Made by a program: the position numbers and the translations under genes. Of a stretch of 38,255 nt of DNA, positions 26,701 through 34,326 are shown one piece after another. The notes under the pieces were generated by a model, which made no database searches, was not told the origin of the DNA, and was given only the letters and a program-made list of their open reading frames with translations. Source of the DNA: a virus (taxonomy: Duplodnaviria; Caudoviricetes); the IMG/VR virus record IMGVR_UViG_3300030376_008412, positions 1 to 38,255 of that record, one strand, 5' to 3'. Numbering within the stretch: position 1 is the first letter of the stretch; each line of letters opens with the position of its first letter.

Positions 26701-26873
26701 TTTTTGTTCTCCTTTTCATCTAAAGTTAATTCAACAATACTCTTGAAAAAAGTATCCTCATCTATTGCCCCGTCCCAACGAATATCTATTAGTTTTCTAA
26801 TATTATCAACTATATCTTGATATTTATGTAGTAAACTTTCATTTTTAGTCGCTCTATTGCTATAATATGCCAT
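26697..26873 (-). CDS. Small hypothetical protein (58 aa)
   Basis: MAYYSNRATKNESLL...KENKK*, AGGAG SD, TAATG and ATGA overlaps. Confidence 0.65.
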   Translation of the reverse strand: MAYYSNRATKNESLLHKYQDIVDNIRKLIDIRWDGAIDEDTFFKSIVELTLDEKENKK

Positions 26874-27127
26874 TAGAATAACTCCTTTTCTTCGTTAGTT
26901 TCTTCATAAAGTTTATAAAATAGGCTATCAGTTCCCCATTTATTGGCAAAAGTCCATAGTTCTATCTTGTAAACATTATCTTTTATCTTAATTTCTCCTG
27001 AATAAGAAGGTTTTATAGTAACAAATTGACCATTTTTAGTAACTCGGCCTCTCCATTTGCCTGTTTTCTTATCAGGTTTAAAAGCTTTAGTGTCTTTTCT
27101 TAAAAATCCATCAGTTATCTTTTTCAT
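26873..27127 (-). CDS. Hypothetical basic beta-rich protein (possibly DUF736-like)
   Basis: KPSYSGEIKI...IELW resembles 17784-17969 (KPQYRGKI...ISGW). Confidence 0.55.
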   Translation of the reverse strand: MKKITDGFLRKDTKAFKPDKKTGKWRGRVTKNGQFVTIKPSYSGEIKIKDNVYKIELWTFANKWGTDSLFYKLYEETNEEKELF

Positions 27128-27367
27128 TTACTTCAAATTAACCCTCCCATCTACAAGAATCTCTAATTTTAATACATAACGAACCATATCAGGCATAGTA
27201 TGCTTATCATGATCAGGCATATGTGACAATAAATTAGGTTTATTAGATATAAATGTTATTTCAGGATAATCACCTTCCATGTCTAGCGTTACATTCTTTA
27301 TTTCTTTTAATCCGTAATAATTACGTAAATCTTCTAATGCTTTAGATATTTTATATACATCACTCAT
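27128..27367 (-). CDS. Hypothetical protein
   Basis: 79-aa ORF in operon. Confidence 0.6.
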   Translation of the reverse strand: MSDVYKISKALEDLRNYYGLKEIKNVTLDMEGDYPEITFISNKPNLLSHMPDHDKHTMPDMVRYVLKLEILVDGRVNLK

Positions 27368-27719
27368 TGTCTTTTCTCCTCATTAGTTTCCAATCACCTT
27401 CTACAAACAAGTGGTAATTTATTTTATCAAAAACTTCTCCTAACTTTAGTTCTCCGTCTTCCCATAAATCTTCACTAGGTACTTCTTCCCATAAATAAAG
27501 CTGTTCTTCAAGATTATTAAGTTCTTTTTTTAACTTGCTTAATTCATCTTTTAAGCTATCAATTGTACCTTTATAGGCTATTTTATCAAGTTTGTATCCA
27601 GTTCTTTCATTTCTAATATCTCTATATTCTTGATAGGTAGGCATTGAATTTGTCCCTGCATCTTTCCAAGTATTTAATATCGCTTCAGTTACTTTTTGAA
27701 TAGTTTTATCAATTTTCAT
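27360..27719 (-). CDS. Hypothetical coiled-coil protein
   Basis: 119 aa, AGGAG SD, central heptad repeat. Confidence 0.65.
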   Translation of the reverse strand: MKIDKTIQKVTEAILNTWKDAGTNSMPTYQEYRDIRNERTGYKLDKIAYKGTIDSLKDELSKLKKELNNLEEQLYLWEEVPSEDLWEDGELKLGEVFDKINYHLFVEGDWKLMRRKDNE

Positions 27720-27737
27720 TTTCTCTCCTTAAGTTAT

Positions 27738-27801
27738 AATTATTAAGAGAGACCACGCTGGTTAACGAATGGTGGTTTTAGCCGTAACTCTCTCAATAAT
27801 T
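27738..27801 (-). ncRNA. Short stem-closed structured element
   Basis: AAUUAUUGAGAGAG/CUCUCUUAAUAAUU closing stem (one G-U on minus strand) with inner ACCAC/GUGGU helix. Confidence 0.5.
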
Positions 27802-27814
27802 TCCAGGTGATACT

Positions 27815-28030
27815 TTACTTACGCCTGTCTCCATAGAATCGTCTATCATAATGACCATCTCTACATATTTGATCCATTCCAGATCTCCAAGCGTTATGTC
27901 CAACAGCACGAAAGCCTAGTCTAGGATTAAAGAACTCATCAACAGTCATATCTTTAACTCTAGCCCATTGGACATTAAATCTTTTAAACCCTAATTTCTT
28001 ACCATCAGAGTATAATTCTTTTAATTTCAT
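27815..28030 (-). CDS. Hypothetical basic protein
   Basis: 71 aa, GGAG SD. Confidence 0.6.
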   Translation of the reverse strand: MKLKELYSDGKKLGFKRFNVQWARVKDMTVDEFFNPRLGFRAVGHNAWRSGMDQICRDGHYDRRFYGDRRK

Positions 28031-28057
28031 AGATTCTCCAATTAATTTTAAAATTGC

Positions 28058-28545
28058 TTAAGAAGCTTGGTGAAGGATTTGAGATTACCTTCAAAATGTC
28101 TAGTTCATATGGGATTTCTCCTCACGATGTATAGAATCATAGCTGTCGCTACTGGCCTCATGCTCACTTGCGCTCGTTTACAGATTAGCCTAAAGGGAAT
28201 GGATATTACTTATTGGTCCCTCATTCTATCTTATACAGCCCTGAACATGAGCATAGTATAAGTTAACACCGCAACCAAATCTCTACCCTTTCGGGCTTTA
28301 TTTAATTGTATTCGACATTTGCCATACTTAAGGGCATCCTCCCTCTTTCACCTCGTTCATTTGAACTTAGTGTCAGCCAACGCTGAAAGTATGCTGATGT
28401 AGGCCTTTGGAAACAAGCCTTTCACATCATTACCAACTAAGATATCATTAAACCACCTCGGTCTAGACTTTTATACATAATACCTAAGTATTAAAGCTAA
28501 TACAATATACCGTCGCATATTATACTAATAATATCAACTTCTTAA
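28058..28545 (-). ncRNA. Large (~490 nt) ornate structured RNA candidate
   Basis: Ends pair (UUAAGAAG/CUUCUUAA). Many nested helices, a GCCC-GAAA-GGGU tetraloop and a candidate pseudoknot. No SD-led ORF. Confidence 0.65.
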
Positions 28546-28550
28546 ATTTT

Positions 28551-28603
28551 TGGCAGAGCATTGGATTCTCAAATACGAAACTCGAGCATTAGATTCTCTG
28601 CCA
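28551..28603 (-). ncRNA. Short stem-closed element
   Basis: TGGCAGAG/CTCTGCCA inverted repeat abutting the large RNA. Confidence 0.4.
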
Positions 28604-28623
28604 TGCCTATGGAAGCATTAAAT

Positions 28624-28860
28624 TTACCAGAAGCCTATCCATTTAGTCTTACGATAGCTTCTATCTGAATACTCACGTCTATTCCTTACAATACTGGTAT
28701 AAACGTCTTCCACTTTGTTGCATTCAGCTTGAGTATACTTGCCATATTTCATATCATATTTTTCACCACAATGAGTACAAGCATAATCATTAAATCTCGA
28801 ACAGCTATTCATGGTTGCTGCCTCACCACAATCACATCTTACCATAGTATCCATAGACAT
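28624..28860 (-). CDS. Small zinc-ribbon protein
   Basis: RCDCG...ACTHCG; AGGAG SD. Confidence 0.65.
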   Translation of the reverse strand: MSMDTMVRCDCGEAATMNSCSRFNDYACTHCGEKYDMKYGKYTQAECNKVEDVYTSIVRNRREYSDRSYRKTKWIGFW

Positions 28861-28865
28861 TCTCC

Positions 28866-28994
28866 TTAATAGTTAATTAAAAACATTACTGAAAACTTAA
28901 CAAGCCATATTACGCCTACTACACCAAATATATGTAGGGCAATTACTGTATATCCTCTTAATATGCGTAGAGGATCTTTTGAAAATTTCTTCAT
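28866..28994 (-). CDS. Small membrane peptide (42 aa)
   Basis: MKKFSKDPLRILRGYTVIALHIFGVVGVIWLVKFSVMFLINY*, GGAG SD. Confidence 0.6.
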   Translation of the reverse strand: MKKFSKDPLRILRGYTVIALHIFGVVGVIWLVKFSVMFLINY

Positions 28995-29020
28995 ATTTAC
29001 TCCCATAGTTAGTTAAAAGG

Positions 29021-29164
29021 CTATTTCTTCTTTACTTCAACCTTTGTATTACCATTTTCTATTGTAGGTTTAAGCCAGCCTAAAATATCTTGTACTGCAG
29101 ATGCTTTAGATTTCTTGCTGACTACCACCTTTGAAACTAAGTCTCTAAACTTTACTATATTCAT
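29021..29164 (-). CDS. Small basic protein (47 aa)
   Basis: MNIVKFRDLVSK...EVKKK*, GAGGAGG SD, ATGA overlap. Confidence 0.6.
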   Translation of the reverse strand: MNIVKFRDLVSKVVVSKKSKASAVQDILGWLKPTIENGNTKVEVKKK

Positions 29165-29331
29165 TCATTACCCTCCTCAATATATTTAACTTCACATCCA
29201 GAATCTAAAGAAGCTTGAACATATCCAACTAAGTATCCCACAGATTTATGCATAGGATCGCCAGACACATCTAATTCTTTAGTTACACAAAACTTACCAT
29301 CCTTACTTATTAACAACTTTATCTTATTCAT
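29161..29331 (-). CDS. Small hypothetical protein (56 aa)
   Basis: MNKIKLLISKDGKFCV...EEGNE*, GGAGG SD. Confidence 0.65.
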   Translation of the reverse strand: MNKIKLLISKDGKFCVTKELDVSGDPMHKSVGYLVGYVQASLDSGCEVKYIEEGNE

Positions 29332-29413
29332 TTATAAAACCTCCATAGTTATTATTGTCAAGTATTATTGGGTATTATACTACAAAAATAGTAGTATTTT
29401 ACTACAAAATTTA

Positions 29414-29534
29414 TTGCTATAATGGTGCACACACAGTTTAGTTCCTTCCCTACTAACTCATAAGTTAACAGTTTGAGCCTGTTAGATCTCAATCCCTCAT
29501 GTTTAGAGTGGGTATCCACTGATCATTATAGCAA
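29414..29534 (-). ncRNA. Structured RNA candidate
   Basis: TTGCTATAATG/CATTATAGCAA 11-bp closing stem; inner AGUGG/CCACU and UAACAG/CUGUUA hairpins. Confidence 0.5.
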
Positions 29535-29550
29535 ATTACATTAATTCCGT

Positions 29551-29666
29551 GCCACCTCTCCTTAGATCATCATGTTATACGTTTCGACTGCAAGGTACGG
29601 TGTCTTACGCTTAAACACTGGTAAAGAGAGGTTGAGATATAAACACCTTACTGTCTTATCTCTGGC
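29551..29666 (-). ncRNA. Structured RNA candidate immediately 3' of the tmRNA-like gene
   Basis: GCCA/UGGC closing helix with GAGAUA/UAUCUC and ACCUCUC/GAGAGGU arms (three-way junction). Confidence 0.45.
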
Positions 29667-29671
29667 TTGAG

Positions 29672-29749
29672 TGGAGCTGGTGAGAATCGAACTCACGTCT
29701 TGATGAAAACTCTTTCAAGTCTTAACATCAATCGAAACCATTCAGCCCC
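29672..29749 (-). ncRNA. Minimal tmRNA-like RNA (tRNA-like domain only, 78 nt)
   Basis: GGGGCUG-AAUGGUUUCGA-[helix 2 capped by GAAA]-GAC-GUGAG UUCGAUU CUCAC-CAGCUCC-A. Shows tmRNA 5' and 3' ends, a G3-U70 pair and a stemless D-loop. Confidence 0.8.
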
Positions 29750-29756
29750 TATAAAT

Positions 29757-29872
29757 GAGAGATAGCTATGTATCATAGTATTAAATGGGCCTAGATTGCC
29801 TATCTAACGTATGATTACAAAAGGTTCAAGGGTTCAACCCTATCGGCTCTTTACATAGCTTTCTAGTCTCTC
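29757..29872 (-). ncRNA. Structured RNA candidate
   Basis: GAGAGA/TCTCTC plus AGCTATGTA/TACATAGCT closing helices. Confidence 0.45.
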
Positions 29873-30002
29873 TTAAGCCTTTTAATGTACCTAGTCAACT
29901 AACACAACAGTTAGTCCCAAATGTACGCAAACACCTAATTGGTGTCTTCCTCACATTGCTTAGGAGGCTCGAAGGGCAGTTTAACCTATTAACTACCAAG
30001 GT

Positions 30003-30176
30003 ATTGTTCACTCATTAGTGTGTTACTTTGTAAGGCTAACACCTACCTGTATTACTAGTATAACATATTAGGTTAAGCCATATGTTAGGGCTAATTAAGT
30101 ATACACATTCCCATATCGCCCGCCTTCATCATATGGTATTTTACTCAAAGAGTTGCAGCTGTACTGCATGAACAAT
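30003..30176 (-). ncRNA. Multi-branch structured RNA candidate
   Basis: ATTGTTCA/TGAACAAT closing stem with four inner hairpins (GTGTTA, TAACATAT, CCATAT and TGCAG arms). Confidence 0.5.
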
Positions 30177-30195
30177 CTTAAATGTATATAAATAG

Positions 30196-30268
30196 TTACG
30201 GGGACAGGAGTCGAACCTGCTGTCTCTAGCTTATGAGGCTAGCGAGTAAACCGTTTCTCTCACCCGTA
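30196..30268 (-). tRNA. tRNA with CAT anticodon (Met, or Ile2 if lysidine-modified)
   Basis: UACGGGU...CUAGC-CUCAUAA-GCUAG...GCAGG-UUCGACU-CCUGU-CCCCGUA-A cloverleaf. One acceptor mismatch; CCA not encoded. Confidence 0.85.
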
Positions 30269-30286
30269 TTAATTACAAAAGCTAAA

Positions 30287-30629
30287 AGAGAGAGACTACA
30301 CAAAAGGATTTTCACCTTCACCATACCCCGTCTACGTGCATTTACTTTCGCACACCCCATCTCTCTCTCTAACATTAAATTACATGTACACACACCGTGT
30401 TTGTTCCTAGAGTTCGCCTGACCGTATTGTCTCCAAACATGTAAAGTTTCCTATAAGTTTCTATATATTACTTGCACACACACGCACAGTATTAGACTGG
30501 TTTCCATTAACCATGAGTAAAGAGTTGGTTAGTGTACTGTATTGTGCTAAAACCATGCGTTTGTGCTAGCAATAGTAGTTATAGTATGTTAAAAGAGAAG
30601 ATAGTCCGCTATCACCTGGAGTCTTCTCT
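30287..30629 (-). ncRNA. Four further stem-closed elements upstream of the tRNA
   Basis: AGAGAGAGA/TCTCTCTCT (30287-30370), TTACATGT/ACATGTAA (30380-30444), a nested GCACA/TGTGC unit (30474-30566) and AGAGAAGA/TCTTCTCT (30594-30629). Confidence 0.45.
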
Positions 30630-30638
30630 CTTATTTAG

Positions 30639-30905
30639 TTACACTATGTCTTCAAGCTTATCCATTTCAGTAACTGTTAAACAGTTTTGACCTGTAATAG
30701 ACAAACAAGTAGCATCGAGCGATCTAAGCATATTTCTAAACTTAGCGGTAACTCTTCGCGCTGACACTGCTACCTGAGTACCAAAAGCATACTGGTCCTT
30801 ATCAGGTGCAGCTCCTACCTTTTTTAAATGCTGAATGTGTAGGTCATTCTTAGCTCGTTGAAAATCCTCGAACTTAGGATTAGCTGGTAAGTTTATAGTA
30901 AACAT
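30639..30905 (-). CDS. Hypothetical protein, first gene of the early block
   Basis: Likely start MFTINLP at 30905 with AGGAG SD. The upstream extension in the ORF track is just poly-T sequence. Confidence 0.65.
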   Translation of the reverse strand: MFTINLPANPKFEDFQRAKNDLHIQHLKKVGAAPDKDQYAFGTQVAVSARRVTAKFRNMLRSLDATCLSITGQNCLTVTEMDKLEDIV

Positions 30906-31111
30906 ACGATCTCCTTTCTTATTATAAAAAGTTAAAGAAAAACAAAAAAAACAAGCATAAAGATTCAAAAAAATCAAATGAAAAAAAACGAAAGTCGCTT
31001 TGCGACCAACCGCCAATGGCGGGCACCTACTCTATATTTACCTACATACCAAAATGCTACAATTTTTGAAACTAGCTTGATTTTTAATAGCAAATAGTGT
31101 TAGGTTCTACC

Positions 31112-31300
31112 ATGTCTAATCCTAAAAAATATATTTTGACAATAGAGTTTAGTGATGATAGTGATGTGTGTGATTCGGTAACAGAAGAGCTTATATATGA
31201 TGAATTATGCTTAATTGTTGATGATCTAGATATAACAGAATATTTTGATAGAGAAGGGTTAGAACTATGTAAGGATTGCTATGACATTGCTATATCATAA
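31112..31300 (+). CDS. Small acidic hypothetical protein
   Basis: ATG 31112 (MSNPKKY), just after TTGATT-N18-TAGGTT; possibly leaderless. Confidence 0.55.
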   Translation: MSNPKKYILTIEFSDDSDVCDSVTEELIYDELCLIVDDLDITEYFDREGLELCKDCYDIAIS

Positions 31301-31343
31301 GCTTATGTTATTAGTAAACACAACTCTTACGAGTTGTTTAGGA

Positions 31344-31414
31344 TATAAGAGTATATATAGAGTATGTTATAAGAGTATGTTATAAGAGTATATATATATA
31401 TATATATATAAGAG
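31344..31414. repeat. TATAAGAGTAT-like direct repeats plus (TA)~11 run
   Basis: Four to five TATA(A)GAG units and a TA dinucleotide run at 31389-31410, preceded by a CAACTC/GAGTTG hairpin. Confidence 0.8.
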
Positions 31415-31417
31415 AAT

Positions 31418-32152
31418 ATGAGAATTTACAAAGTCAACAGTATAGAACATAAGGTTTACGATGAGGGAGATATAGTCCCTAATGATATTCGTATAACTCG
31501 GGATTGGAGGGATGGTCACGTTGGTGATTGGGTTCAGACGGACGACGATTGTATAATTCAAATATTGCGTAGAGGCACTATGTTTGCTCGTGAGGGGACT
31601 AAAAAGAAACGTGAATATGTTGGTACTTGCACAGGAACATTCCCAGTAACAAAGAATACAAAGATGGATGCATCTAGACGGATTAACATTTATTCTTTTG
31701 GGGGAGGCAAAAAACCTGATGATATTTTAATAGAACGTAGTAAATTAAGTACTTGCGAGGAAATGTTTGTTATGTATATTACCCAGCATAAGATGCTTCC
31801 AAGGGAGGCTTATTTAAAAGCTTTTGATACTAATAACCCTAAATATGCATTACAGCAATCAGCTAAGCTAGTTAAAACAAAGAGGATTAAAACAGCAATG
31901 AAAGAAGAATTAAAACCCGTTTTAGAGAAAGCAGGAGTAGATGAGGAGTATATTATTAAAAGAATAAAATCTGAAGCAGATACTGCTGATAAGCCTGATA
32001 CACGCTTAAAGGCGTTATTTAAGTTGTCTGACATTATGGATCTTGAAGATAAGAATAAGACTACAGTTCAACAAATATCAGGTGCAGTATTTAAAGGGTT
32101 CGATGCAGATGTATTAGAAGAAATAAAAAGACCAGAGGAGTTAGATGCATAA
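31418..32152 (+). CDS. Putative terminase small subunit with N-terminal extension
   Basis: C-terminal half EAYLKAF...YALQQSAKLV...IK...RLKALFKL resembles TerS HTH/oligomerisation; upstream of TerL. Confidence 0.6.
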   Translation: MRIYKVNSIEHKVYDEGDIVPNDIRITRDWRDGHVGDWVQTDDDCIIQILRRGTMFAREGTKKKREYVGTCTGTFPVTKNTKMDASRRINIYSFGGGKKPDDILIERSKLSTCEEMFVMYITQHKMLPREAYLKAFDTNNPKYALQQSAKLVKTKRIKTAMKEELKPVLEKAGVDEEYIIKRIKSEADTADKPDTRLKALFKLSDIMDLEDKNKTTVQQISGAVFKGFDADVLEEIKRPEELDA

Positions 32153-32175
32153 TAACAGTATAATTTTAGGAATTA

Positions 32176-32355
32176 ATGATATTTAAAGCATCAGAGCAAA
32201 CTTTCTATAAAAGATTAGAAGAATGCTTAAAATGTGAACATATGCATAAGATGAAGTTTCGTAAAAAAGTAATAGCTAGGTGTAGAAAATGTGGATGTAT
32301 TATGAATATAAAAGCTAGGCTAATAAACGCTGAATGCCCTGTAGGTAAGTGGTAG
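32176..32355 (+). CDS. Small Cys-rich zinc-binding protein (DUF6171-like, 59 aa, not in ORF track)
   Basis: RLEECLKCEH...CRKCGCIM..KARL...CPVGKW*, AGGA SD; stop overlaps the TerL GTG. Confidence 0.75.
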   Translation: MIFKASEQTFYKRLEECLKCEHMHKMKFRKKVIARCRKCGCIMNIKARLINAECPVGKW

Positions 32356-33911
32356 TGGCAAATATAAATCTACATAATGTTTCTAAAGAGGAGGAGGCAC
32401 TACATCTAGCTAAAAACGATTTAATTGCATTTGGTAAGTTATTTTTACCTGATGATTTTATGCGTAGTGAGACACCTTTCTTCCATTATGAGGTGTGTGA
32501 TGCTTTAGACGATATGAATCAAAGACAACTTGCAGTTATATTGCCTCGTGGTCACGGAAAGACAGTATTGACTAAATGTAGCATACTTCATGATTTTGTT
32601 TTTACTAAGGAACCTTTATTCTATGGATGGGTAGCTGCATCTAGTAAGATATCAGTTCCCAACCTCGACTATGTCAAATATCATTTGGAATTTAATGACA
32701 AATTTTTGTATTATTTTGGTAGTTTAAAAGGGAGAAAATGGACGGAAGATGATATTGAGCTTACGAACGGTTGCAAACTTATTAGTAAATCCAACTTATC
32801 AGGGATTCGTGGAGGCGCTAAGCTTCATAAGAGGTACGATCTTATCATATTGGACGATTTTGAAGATGAGAATAATACCATTACAGCTGAGTCTAGAGCA
32901 AAAATCTCTAACCTTGTTACAGCTGTTGTTTTTCCCGCTCTTGAGCCTGGCACTGGTCGTCTCAGGATCAACGGGACTCCTGTTCATTTTGATTCATTTA
33001 TACAAAATATTCTTGTCGGTCACGACCAAGCTAAAAAACGTGGCGAAAAATATAGTTGGAAAGTAATTACGTATAAGGCTTTAATGCCTGATGGTACTCC
33101 TTTATGGCCAAGTTGGTTTGGTGAAAAGGAGATGGAAAGAAAGAAAAAGTTTTATACAGATTCAGGACAACCTCATAAATTCTACCAAGAATATATGATG
33201 GAAGTACAAAGTAAGGATGATTCAATCTTTACAAGGGAGCATATAAAATATTGGGATGGACACTTACAGTATGATGAAGAAATGGACATTCACCTTCTTA
33301 GAAAAGAAGATGGTACTGAAGTACCTGTTAATGTTTTTGCGGGCGTCGACCCAGCTACTGATAGCGCTAGGCGTGGGAGTGATTACAGCGTTATCCTTGT
33401 TGTTGCTGTTGATGCAACTAATAATGTCTATGTTATTGACTATATTAGGAAACGCTCATTGTCAGTTCTCGGTATTCCAGGAGAAGATAAGAAAGGTATT
33501 GTAGATTATATTTTTGATTACAATAAATTATACAAGCCTTCGCTTTTTACAATTGAAGATACAACAATGTCTAAACCTATATTTCAGTCATTGATAGCTG
33601 AGATGAGGAGAAAAAATGATTTTAGCGTTAAATACGTTGCGGAGAAACCTGGTACAAGAATGTCGAAACGTGATCGTATTCAAGAAATACTCGCTCAAAG
33701 ATTTGCTATAGGTGGTATGCATTTAAAGAAAACGCAATATGACTTACAGCACGAAGTATTAACATTTGGCCCACGTATGGGACATGATGATGCCATAGAT
33801 GCATTAGCTTACGCATGCAAACACGCTCATCCTCCTATGGGTATAAATGAAAACAAGGAAGGCGTATTTAAAAAACACAGACCCACAGCTAAAAGCTGGG
33901 TCACAGCTTAA
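32355..33911 (+). CDS. terL: Terminase large subunit
   Basis: Walker A PRGHGKT, Walker B LIILDDFE, INGTP, FYQEYM, nuclease GVDPA and HDDAIDAL. Likely start GTG 32355. Confidence 0.95.
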   Translation: MANINLHNVSKEEEALHLAKNDLIAFGKLFLPDDFMRSETPFFHYEVCDALDDMNQRQLAVILPRGHGKTVLTKCSILHDFVFTKEPLFYGWVAASSKISVPNLDYVKYHLEFNDKFLYYFGSLKGRKWTEDDIELTNGCKLISKSNLSGIRGGAKLHKRYDLIILDDFEDENNTITAESRAKISNLVTAVVFPALEPGTGRLRINGTPVHFDSFIQNILVGHDQAKKRGEKYSWKVITYKALMPDGTPLWPSWFGEKEMERKKKFYTDSGQPHKFYQEYMMEVQSKDDSIFTREHIKYWDGHLQYDEEMDIHLLRKEDGTEVPVNVFAGVDPATDSARRGSDYSVILVVAVDATNNVYVIDYIRKRSLSVLGIPGEDKKGIVDYIFDYNKLYKPSLFTIEDTTMSKPIFQSLIAEMRRKNDFSVKYVAEKPGTRMSKRDRIQEILAQRFAIGGMHLKKTQYDLQHEVLTFGPRMGHDDAIDALAYACKHAHPPMGINENKEGVFKKHRPTAKSWVTA

Positions 33912-33920
33912 GGAGATATT

Positions 33921-34040
33921 ATGCCACAAGGTAAAGGAACATATGGAAAAAAAAGAGGAAGACCTCCAGTTAAGAAAAAAGTAGCTAAGAAACCTATAAG
34001 GAGAAAAAATGGCTTACGGAAAAAAGTCTCAAAAAAATAG
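33921..34040 (+). CDS. Very basic peptide with AT-hook-like motif (39 aa, not in ORF track)
   Basis: MPQGKGTYGKKRGRPPVKKKVAKKPIRRKNGLRKKVSKK*, AAGGAG SD. Confidence 0.7.
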   Translation: MPQGKGTYGKKRGRPPVKKKVAKKPIRRKNGLRKKVSKK

Positions 34041-34326
34041 GACTATAAATAGAAATCCATGGACTAGAGAATCTCAAGGTAAACCTTTTTCTGGAAACTT
34101 AAATACTTCTATGTTTAAAAGAACTCCGACGGGAATATTGACAGGTGATAGAAATAATGCAGGCTCTACTAATCCTTCTGGAAATTTTACTAACCCAATG
34201 TCTTCAAGATTTAATCAAGGAATAAAGCCTATAGCTAATAATCAATCATCTATGTCTGAAAATAGGGGTGGCGCAAGAAGAGCTCCATTTTTATCTAATA
34301 CGGGTCCAGGTAAAAAGAAGTATTAA
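34009..34326 (+). CDS. Basic, disordered hypothetical protein
   Basis: 105 aa rich in N/S/G/R/K; AAGGAG SD. Confidence 0.6.
   Translation: MAYGKKSQKNRTINRNPWTRESQGKPFSGNLNTSMFKRTPTGILTGDRNNAGSTNPSGNFTNPMSSRFNQGIKPIANNQSSMSENRGGARRAPFLSNTGPGKKKY

Noticed and set aside
29551-29666. Hammerhead ribozyme (CGAAAC and AUGAUGA on the minus strand)
   Set aside because: Core is not CUGANGA and the required stems cannot be formed.
29672-29700. attP remnant of an ssrA-integrating prophage
   Set aside because: Both 5' and 3' tmRNA ends are present and pair through a closed helix, and there is no integrase in the window.
21536-30421. Plus-strand ORFs 21536-21736, 28067-28261, 30233-30421
   Set aside because: Opposite to the operon direction, overlap structured RNA or tRNA, no SD.
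30380-30444. SRP (4.5S) RNA, from GGUCAGG...AGGAA
   Set aside because: Lacks the GNRA-capped helix 8 and the AGCAG strand.
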